A stretch of DNA of 14,100 nt from positions 1 through 14,100 of the forward strand of contig JBHLON010000059.1 of NCBI GenBank assembly GCA_048940445.1, in the 5' to 3' direction. Shown piece by piece: positions 1-6,134 of this stretch. Position numbers and translations under genes: made by a program. Origin of the DNA: Promethearchaeota archaeon (GTDB lineage: Archaea > Asgardarchaeota > Lokiarchaeia > Sigyniarchaeales > SOKP01). The notes beneath the pieces are model-generated. The model saw only the letters and a list, made by a program, of their open reading frames with translations, was not told the origin of the DNA and ran no database searches. Position 1 is the first letter of the stretch, and every line of letters begins with the position of its first letter.

Positions 1-67
1 GGTTTGGTCCCAACTCATCGTGAATATCTGTGTAGATAATTGAATTAACATACTCTATATTTGACAT
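1..67 (-). CDS. 5' end (partial, runs off the window) of a longin/uDENN-like domain protein, probable paralogue of the GTPase fusion at 4537..5577
   Basis: Manual translation from ATG at 67: MSNIEYVNSIIYTDIHDELGPN(P). It aligns with MTESIIKIILYAQLDDELGPNP of 4537..5577. Not in the ORF track because it is truncated. Confidence 0.75.
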   Translation of the reverse strand, partial: MSNIEYVNSIIYTDIHDELGPN

Positions 68-224
68 TACTTTCAATCTTCACTTGATCTGTATTTGAAA
101 TGCTTACTAAAAGGTATCTAAATTATTAAATACATAATATATTTTGATTATTTATATTTGGGTAAAAAGAAACTAGGCGTTATCATTAATTATGTCATAT
201 AAAAAATTATAAATAATATATATC

Positions 225-262
225 ATATTTCGTGAAACTCAGCTTTTACGATCTTTCAAAAT
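225..262. repeat. Left boundary site of the EndoVII cassette (imperfect palindrome and direct-repeat copy 1)
   Basis: ATAT-TTCGTGAAA-CTCAGC-TTTTACGAT-CTTTCAAAAT. Positions 239-262 match 1232-1255 at 19/24, with an identical TCAGCTTT core. The arms at 229-237 and 244-252 are an imperfect inverted repeat around a 6-bp spacer. Confidence 0.55.
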
Positions 263-268
263 TGCTCT

Positions 269-694
269 TTAATTTATATCAAATTTTTTAAGATATTTCA
301 TTGCTTTTATCAGAATAAATGGATTTTCTGATGAAAAATTTAAAATATTATTACAATGATGACATAATAATCCTCTTATTTTTCCACTTTTATGGCAATG
401 ATCAATATGAAGCATATATGGATTATCGAAATCTAAAGGTATTTTACAAATAGCACAATGATTTTTTTGTTTCTCTAATAGATTATTAAAGATTTCCTCA
501 GTAATATTATAGGATCTTATTCTATGGTAGTTTTTATCCTGTTTTCTTTTGCATTCCTTACAACATGAATCAAAACCATCTGGACTGCTTTTTCTTCTAT
601 AAAAAAATTCAGATGAGACAAGTTTTACTTTATTACAGCTTAAACATTTCTTTACTTTTTTCTCTTTTGAATTATTAATTTTAATAGGTCTCAT
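269..694 (-). CDS. Endonuclease VII-family (His-Me finger) nuclease with N-terminal C4 Zn-finger
   Basis: N-terminal CLSC...F....DG...CKEC. EndoVII core YNIT.E.F..LL..Q...CAIC...L.IDHCH.SGKIRGLLCHHCN. SD-like AAGGAG just upstream of the ATG. Overlaps the upstream ORF by 14 bp. Confidence 0.9.
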   Translation of the reverse strand: MRPIKINNSKEKKVKKCLSCNKVKLVSSEFFYRRKSSPDGFDSCCKECKRKQDKNYHRIRSYNITEEIFNNLLEKQKNHCAICKIPLDFDNPYMLHIDHCHKSGKIRGLLCHHCNNILNFSSENPFILIKAMKYLKKFDIN

Positions 695-1097
695 TGTCTC
701 CTTTATGCATTTTTAAATAATGAATAGCATTCGAGATTGTAAAAACTCTATCAAAAGCATGACCTAGCAGAAGATTGCAATTATTGCATAGAAGTCCTCT
801 TATCTTCTGATTTCCATGATCATGATCAATAAATGGTTGAAAAGGAAAATAATTGGTAAAGTTAATACCACAAATAGCACACCGATTATTCTGGTTTTTC
901 AACATCTTATTAAAATCGGAGATGGTTAATTTATACTTATATCTTTTATGCCTTATTTTATCATATTCCTTCTTACAATTTCTACACCAGCCATCTAAAC
1001 CATACTTTTGGGTGCAATTTTGATTAAAGTATTCAGAAGTAGCCGGTAAATAAGATTTGCACCTACAACATCTCTTTTTCTTGGTTTCTTCTTCCAT
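681..1097 (-). CDS. Endonuclease VII-family (His-Me finger) nuclease with N-terminal C4 Zn-finger
   Basis: N-terminal CCRC...F....GLDGWCRNC. Core YKLT...F..ML..QNNRCAIC...IDHDH...KIRGLLCNNCNLLLG. Confidence 0.9.
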   Translation of the reverse strand: MEEETKKKRCCRCKSYLPATSEYFNQNCTQKYGLDGWCRNCKKEYDKIRHKRYKYKLTISDFNKMLKNQNNRCAICGINFTNYFPFQPFIDHDHGNQKIRGLLCNNCNLLLGHAFDRVFTISNAIHYLKMHKGDNETY

Positions 1098-1231
1098 AGA
1101 ATCACTTTTTCCTGCAAATTTTAATGATTATCATTTATTTGAAGCCAGCTATAATATGATATTTAAATTTAAATATTTAAAGAAAAAAGAAATTTGGAGT
1201 ACTTTTTAAAATAATTACCATCTATATCAGT

Positions 1232-1257
1232 TCAGCTTTCACGAAGGTTCGAAATAT
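1232..1257. repeat. Right boundary site of the EndoVII cassette (direct-repeat copy 2)
   Basis: TCAGCTTTCACGAAGGTTCGAAATAT; matches 239-262 and contains a small internal inverted repeat CGAA-GG-TTCG. Confidence 0.55.
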
Positions 1258-1296
1258 CTTTAAAGAACGATTCAAATACAAAATTTTGAAGGGCAA

Positions 1297-3081
1297 TTAT
1301 GTGAAATTTTTTTTATAGTAAATTATTTTGTCGTATAAATCGGAATCTTTTTCTATTGTGAGGTTAATATTGCTAATTTTTGCATTAGTTTTTATCTCGG
1401 AATCAAAATTAAAAACAATTTGGATGACATCTGATGTGTGACCCTCCTTTAAAAGAACTAGGGAAATATCTTTATAGGATACATCGTAATACTTTTTAAA
1501 ATTTTTTAGGATTAATTTTTGATCAGTAAAGATGTAAATTCTCTCAATGAAAATGTAATTATATAGAGAAATTAATGTAAAAATTATAACTATCATTCCA
1601 ACTGTAAATACCATGACAAAAATAGGCATAAGCAATGGTTCAAAAAATCTCCAAATGCTAAAGAAGGTTAAAGTAATACCAATAGCAATACCGATTAAAT
1701 GTATTAATAAAACTTGTTTTTTTCTTTCAGGTTGATAAACTGTTAATACTTTTTCATTAGGTAACAGCATTTTTTTAATGTTCTCTTTTTGTTGTTCTGA
1801 TAAACCAACAGTTTGAGAAGTGACTGCCCCTGTAATGCTGATTGAATTTGTCTTACTTTTTATGGATTCCGTTATTTTCATTAAACTTTTCTGATCCTGT
1901 AAAGTTAAGACTTCCTCTTTCTTTAAAAGGAGTTGATGATAATTTTTCCAGGAAAGATAACTTAAAAACAAAAATTCCAATATTTTCACAATTTCTACAG
2001 TAGGTCCAAATTTAATTTTCAAATGGGGGTTATTAAGATCCTGAACAATAATCGTGCCGATAAATGTAGCTCTTTCAGAGAACATTTTATTAGGAATAAT
2101 TTTGAAATTGAATGCTATATTTGAATTGAAGTCGATAACCCTAGTTCCCTTTTCATCAACAAACTTTAATCCTTCTGTTGTTATTTGCATCGTTCCTTCA
2201 TTTGAAGGCACAACTTGCCGGGTAATAATATTGAATGGTATGATTATTACTAAACAAGTAAGACTTACAACCATTCCATAACTGCTAATTGTAGAGATTA
2301 AATTATTTCCTAGTGAAATGAGAATAATGCAAGTTAAAAAGACTATAGTTCCTGTTACAAGCCCAATATTAAGATGTTTAACCCACTTTTTCAATCTAAT
2401 GAATTCTTGACTCGTTGGACTAATCTCTAGATTTCTGAGATTTAATTCCTTAGAGATAATATTTATTCTTTCATTAACATCTCTACACATCCAGATTATT
2501 GATTCGATAATGTTACATTTTACTAGGACATCATTTATTCCTCCTATAATTTTTCTATTTACCGGATAACTCATAGATTTCGAAGAAGATTCTTTAGGGT
2601 AAACAAAGTTGAGTAGACCTCTGGGAGTTAAATTCTTTTTCTTTGTTAATTCGCTTAGTGAGACAGTTATTAATGACTTTAATTCAATCTTTTTAAGAGT
2701 TTCAGGCCTATTCGGAAATTTTTTGGGATACTGATATATATAAAGAGCTTTATTAGTTAATGCGAAATAGTTAATAAAAACAAAAATGTGAGATATGAAA
2801 AGACATACCCAGCATACAATTGCAATAATTGGAAAAATAACTAATATTGGAAGAAATAAATGAATATGATCTTGGATAAACAGAGTTAGGATAAACATCT
2901 CAATCATAAATATAATAGAGAAAATTGGAATGAAATATTTAGAGACCTTAAATTTAATATTTGTGGGCTTTTTAATGCCTTTAGATTTGTATAAAATGAT
3001 TTCATCTAATGATACATTATCAAGTATGTTAGCTGGAAGTTCTTCGTCATTATTGGATTCATTAGATTTTTGTCTTTTCAT
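1297..3081 (-). CDS. Membrane protein with three (TM hairpin + bacterial-PH-like) modules, YdbS/YdbT-like
   Basis: Three pairs of hydrophobic helices, each followed by a beta-rich soluble segment: YFALTNKALYIY, MQITTEGLKFVD..RVIDF and YIFTDQKLILK...VSYKDISLV. Modules 1 and 3 are preceded by L.DEIILY / LLPNEKVLTVYQP. Confidence 0.6.
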   Translation of the reverse strand: MKRQKSNESNNDEELPANILDNVSLDEIILYKSKGIKKPTNIKFKVSKYFIPIFSIIFMIEMFILTLFIQDHIHLFLPILVIFPIIAIVCWVCLFISHIFVFINYFALTNKALYIYQYPKKFPNRPETLKKIELKSLITVSLSELTKKKNLTPRGLLNFVYPKESSSKSMSYPVNRKIIGGINDVLVKCNIIESIIWMCRDVNERINIISKELNLRNLEISPTSQEFIRLKKWVKHLNIGLVTGTIVFLTCIILISLGNNLISTISSYGMVVSLTCLVIIIPFNIITRQVVPSNEGTMQITTEGLKFVDEKGTRVIDFNSNIAFNFKIIPNKMFSERATFIGTIIVQDLNNPHLKIKFGPTVEIVKILEFLFLSYLSWKNYHQLLLKKEEVLTLQDQKSLMKITESIKSKTNSISITGAVTSQTVGLSEQQKENIKKMLLPNEKVLTVYQPERKKQVLLIHLIGIAIGITLTFFSIWRFFEPLLMPIFVMVFTVGMIVIIFTLISLYNYIFIERIYIFTDQKLILKNFKKYYDVSYKDISLVLLKEGHTSDVIQIVFNFDSEIKTNAKISNINLTIEKDSDLYDKIIYYKKNFT

Positions 3082-3187
3082 AATTAAAGTGTCGGTTACC
3101 TTTCTAAAAAAATATATCTATTCATGATATATGAAAACAAAGCTTTTTAGAATTTAATGAAAATTTCAAAAAAATTTTAAAAGTAAT

Positions 3188-4429
3188 TCAATTTGATAGA
3201 TTTTGTTGAAATAGATTTTCTGCTTCTTCGAAGAAAAGGCTATTAATTTGTGGTATAAACTCGTTTATCAATACACTGTCATCGACAAGAGCAGAACCTC
3301 GATTAAAAAAAAGAATTACACCAAAAGACCCTTCATCGGTTTCTTTGAAATACATATTAGCACTAAACCCAGGTGTAGCTCCCCCATGACCTCTAATGTT
3401 GTCTGAGTAAATATACCATCCAAATCCATAACCATCGACATTAAATCCTTCTGTAGAAGTTCCAGTAAGTGGGATATGAATATTAAGCATCGTATCAACT
3501 GACTGGGAACTTAATATTTGATTTTCATTATATAAGCCATGATTCATAAAAGAGATTAAATAGTTGGCCATGTCCCCGATTGTACTCCTCAAATTACCAG
3601 CTCCAGTAACATTTAGGTTGTATATAGGATATTCAAAATTCGTGTTGGTATACCATTCATAGGGAATAGCATTCTTGTCCCCAAAGGTGGTATAATCTTC
3701 TCCAGAATTCGTCATATTTAATGGTTCAAATATATTTTCTTTGATATAATCCAAATAGGATTGATTTGAGACCTCTTCAATCAAATACCCAAGTAATTGA
3801 AAACCAGCATTCGAATAATTAAATACTGATCCTGGCCTACTTTGCCAATTATAAGGAGCATAATATTCTCCATTAGGATTTAAACTTTCATTTAAGAACT
3901 CTCCCAATGACGGTCGATCATCAAATTTAATAATATCTTCTCCTAAATCCATATGTTCATTTATCCAATCAATAGTCTGATTATCAAGATAGAATTCAAG
4001 AGACCAAATTAAATTTGTTGGTAATCCAGCAGTGTGTGTCAAAAGCATATTTGGTGTTATAGCTCTATTAGGATAATTTGGATTTCTTACATCAAAAGGT
4101 AAATACTTATTAATGTCATCGCTTAAATTTAGGAGATTACGTTCGTGTAATTGAAGTATAGCAGTGGCTGTAAAAGTTTTAGTAATTGAGCCGATCATAT
4201 ATACTGTATCTATAGAAGGTTGTTCTCCGTACCCACCAATCCATATAAGACTATCATTAATAACAATCCCTCCTACTAATGATGGAATATTATATTTAGC
4301 CATAAGGTTTTGGATTCTAGAATCGAATGAATCTTCATGAAATAAATAACTAATGATGAAAAAAGAAGTTATCCCTCCAGAAACAACTGCTGAGCTTATA
4401 ATTAATATAATGATGAATTTCTTTTTCAT
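3188..4429 (-). CDS. Serine hydrolase of the beta-lactamase class C/AmpC-PBP family with N-terminal signal/anchor
   Basis: SxxK (GSITKTFTA), LLTHTAGL, YxN (FNYSNAGF) and HGG motifs. MKKK plus a hydrophobic N-terminal helix. Confidence 0.9.
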   Translation of the reverse strand: MKKKFIIILIISSAVVSGGITSFFIISYLFHEDSFDSRIQNLMAKYNIPSLVGGIVINDSLIWIGGYGEQPSIDTVYMIGSITKTFTATAILQLHERNLLNLSDDINKYLPFDVRNPNYPNRAITPNMLLTHTAGLPTNLIWSLEFYLDNQTIDWINEHMDLGEDIIKFDDRPSLGEFLNESLNPNGEYYAPYNWQSRPGSVFNYSNAGFQLLGYLIEEVSNQSYLDYIKENIFEPLNMTNSGEDYTTFGDKNAIPYEWYTNTNFEYPIYNLNVTGAGNLRSTIGDMANYLISFMNHGLYNENQILSSQSVDTMLNIHIPLTGTSTEGFNVDGYGFGWYIYSDNIRGHGGATPGFSANMYFKETDEGSFGVILFFNRGSALVDDSVLINEFIPQINSLFFEEAENLFQQNLSN

Positions 4430-4518
4430 TACAATATTTTTATAATATTTAAAATTACCTTGAAGAAGATTTAGAAACTTTTAAAAGTTGTCTAGAAGAT
4501 AGATCTTTTACTACCTTA

Positions 4519-4536
4519 CTTGATTCTTTAATCAAG
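4519..4536 (-). terminator. Small hairpin immediately after the GTPase stop codon
   Basis: CTTGATT-CTTT-AATCAAG is a perfect 7-bp stem with a 4-nt loop. There is no strong U-tract, so the function is uncertain. Confidence 0.3.
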
Positions 4537-5577
4537 CTACTTAAATGAATTATACAGCTTAGTAGCCAAATTATTAAATGCTAGATCAACATTCTCACCG
4601 CTTAGGGCACTAGCTTCAATATAATCTAGATTACGGGAAGTAGCCAATTCTATTGCTTCATTTGAATTAATCTTTATCTCATTAACTAAATCATTTTTAT
4701 TTCCTACGATAAAACCAATTAGCTCTGTTGGTTTTTTCAACTGTTTTTTTACGTCCAAATACCAATTTGCTATATTCTCAAAAGATTTTTCATTAGTTAA
4801 ATCAAAAACTAAAAGGATTGCATCAGATCCGAGATAGAATTGCTGTCGCATCGTTTCAAACTTCACTTGACCAGCGATATCCCATAAAACTAGTTGAATT
4901 ATAGAGCTTTCTACCTTGAAAACTTTATCTGAGACTACAACCCCCAGAGTTGGAAGGTATTGTCTTCTGAATGCGTTATTTGTATACCTTAAAATAAGAG
5001 AAGTTTTACCAACACCAGGGTCTCCTATTATGGCTATTTTGAATTTATAATCGATAAGACCCGCTTCCTTTAATTTCTGTTCGGGGAACTCTTCTTCTTT
5101 AACTTGTGAAAGCTCTTTACTTCTAAGTTCTTCTAATATATTAGTTAGATTCGTCATGAAATTCTGCAATAAATTTAAATAATCTTCTTTTGAAGCATTA
5201 TTTGTCTCTAGTTCGGCTAATTTGAGAGCAATGTCATTGAAAGGAGTGTTAAGTTGATCCATATACTTGTAAAATATCACATCATCCATTTCTTTAAATA
5301 ACATGGCTATTGCTGATTGTGCAATTCCTCCCCGCCTATCTTCATCTTTCCATTTAATGTATTTGATTAAACCTTTAAGCTTTAAGGATGGAAATGGAAG
5401 AATCACTAGGGATTCAGGGATTAAGCCTTGTTCTCCAGAAAGCACTGTGATTACTTTGATTACAATATGCATAATATCGTTAGGAGGGTAATCGAGTGGT
5501 AGCCAAACTAAGGGATTTGGGCCTAATTCATCGTCAAGTTGAGCATATAATATTATTTTAATAATTGACTCCGTCAT
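4537..5577 (-). CDS. Rab-like small GTPase fused to an N-terminal longin/uDENN-like domain
   Basis: C-terminal G1 GDPGVGKTS, G2 YLPTLG, G3 WDIAGQ, G4 GNKND, G5 EASAL, with Rab-like IQLVLW and LVFDLT. No C-terminal Cys. The N-terminal ~170 aa carry LDDELGP and DEDRRGG motifs. Confidence 0.88.
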   Translation of the reverse strand: MTESIIKIILYAQLDDELGPNPLVWLPLDYPPNDIMHIVIKVITVLSGEQGLIPESLVILPFPSLKLKGLIKYIKWKDEDRRGGIAQSAIAMLFKEMDDVIFYKYMDQLNTPFNDIALKLAELETNNASKEDYLNLLQNFMTNLTNILEELRSKELSQVKEEEFPEQKLKEAGLIDYKFKIAIIGDPGVGKTSLILRYTNNAFRRQYLPTLGVVVSDKVFKVESSIIQLVLWDIAGQVKFETMRQQFYLGSDAILLVFDLTNEKSFENIANWYLDVKKQLKKPTELIGFIVGNKNDLVNEIKINSNEAIELATSRNLDYIEASALSGENVDLAFNNLATKLYNSFK

Positions 5578-5792
5578 TCTTATTTAGAACCTAAATTATG
5601 AATTTTTTCGGCTTTATTATATCAAAATCTTCGTAATAATAAATATTAATAATATAAATTTTAAAATTTTAACTTTTAGCATATTGCACTCTCTTAGTCC
5701 TAAAAAAGGTTTAGAATCGCAAAAATTAAATTTTATTATAATTTTAACTAAACATGGTCTAATTTTGTTTTTTTATAATTAAATTCATTGGA

Positions 5793-6089
5793 ATGGTGAA
5801 ATTCTCCTTGTCCAAAAAGAAAGTAAATGAGGAAGTACAGAAGGCTTTTAATAATGTCATCAAATTGCTCGAAGGTATGCTAAATGACAGAGCTGTGCCT
5901 CGTAACATTAAAAGGATCGCTCAAAGAGGAGTTGGCGAATTACAACGAGAGGATGAGTCTCCCGCTGTAATTGCGAGTAATCTTATGTATTGGTTTGACG
6001 ATTTAACACTAGATCCAAACCTTCCATTTCATAGCCGCACTACTATTTATCGGATTCTTTCAATTTTGGAAAAAATAAAAGATGTTTAA
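5793..6089 (+). CDS. UPF0147 family protein (archaeal); true start may be TTG at 5808
   Basis: D.AVPRNIKR.A and DD...DPNLP.HSRT.IY...S.LE signatures. A GGTGA SD-like sequence at 5795-5799 precedes the in-frame TTG at 5808. Confidence 0.88.
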   Translation: MVKFSLSKKKVNEEVQKAFNNVIKLLEGMLNDRAVPRNIKRIAQRGVGELQREDESPAVIASNLMYWFDDLTLDPNLPFHSRTTIYRILSILEKIKDV

Positions 6090-6134
6090 TAATTCATCCA
6101 ATTCTATTATTTATTCAAAAATACAGAAATTTAA

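Larger units (their letters stand above)
225..1257 (-). mobile_element. Putative ~1-kb inserted cassette carrying two Endonuclease VII-family genes, with no transposase or integrase
   Basis: Two nuclease ORFs lie between direct repeats 993 bp apart. The outer arms are also inverted repeats: TTCGTGAAA 229-237 / TTTCACGAA 1237-1245 and ATATTTCG 225-232 / CGAAATAT 1250-1257. Mobility is inferred, not shown. Confidence 0.4.

Noticed and set aside
229-252. SECIS-like element or bulge-helix-bulge intron boundary
   Set aside because: No in-frame TGA selenoprotein candidate nearby, the stem is too short, no host tRNA/rRNA exon is visible, and I could not build a convincing BHB.
225-1257. CRISPR array, classical IS element or integron attC cassette
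   Set aside because: Only two repeat copies about 1 kb apart. No transposase or integrase, no clear target-site duplication outside the inverted arms, and no RYYYAAC/GTTRRRY attC ends.
3131-3150. Possible third copy of the cassette boundary motif (TGAAAACAAAGCTTTTTAG)
   Set aside because: Shares only AT-rich positions and lacks the TCAGC and ACGA/TCGT parts; compatible with chance.
2054-3498. Short ORFs 2054..2281(+), 2930..3127(+) and 3316..3498(-)
   Set aside because: Antisense or alternate-frame shadows of longer, well-supported genes, with no recognisable motifs.
3188-4429. Calling this an ampC resistance gene
   Set aside because: The family motifs do not establish beta-lactamase activity, and HGG replaces the KTG motif of true AmpC.
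4476-4489. Palindrome AACTTTTAAAAGTT (also TTAATCGATTAA at 9167-9178)
   Set aside because: AT-rich and most simply TATA-like promoter sequence or chance; no independent support.
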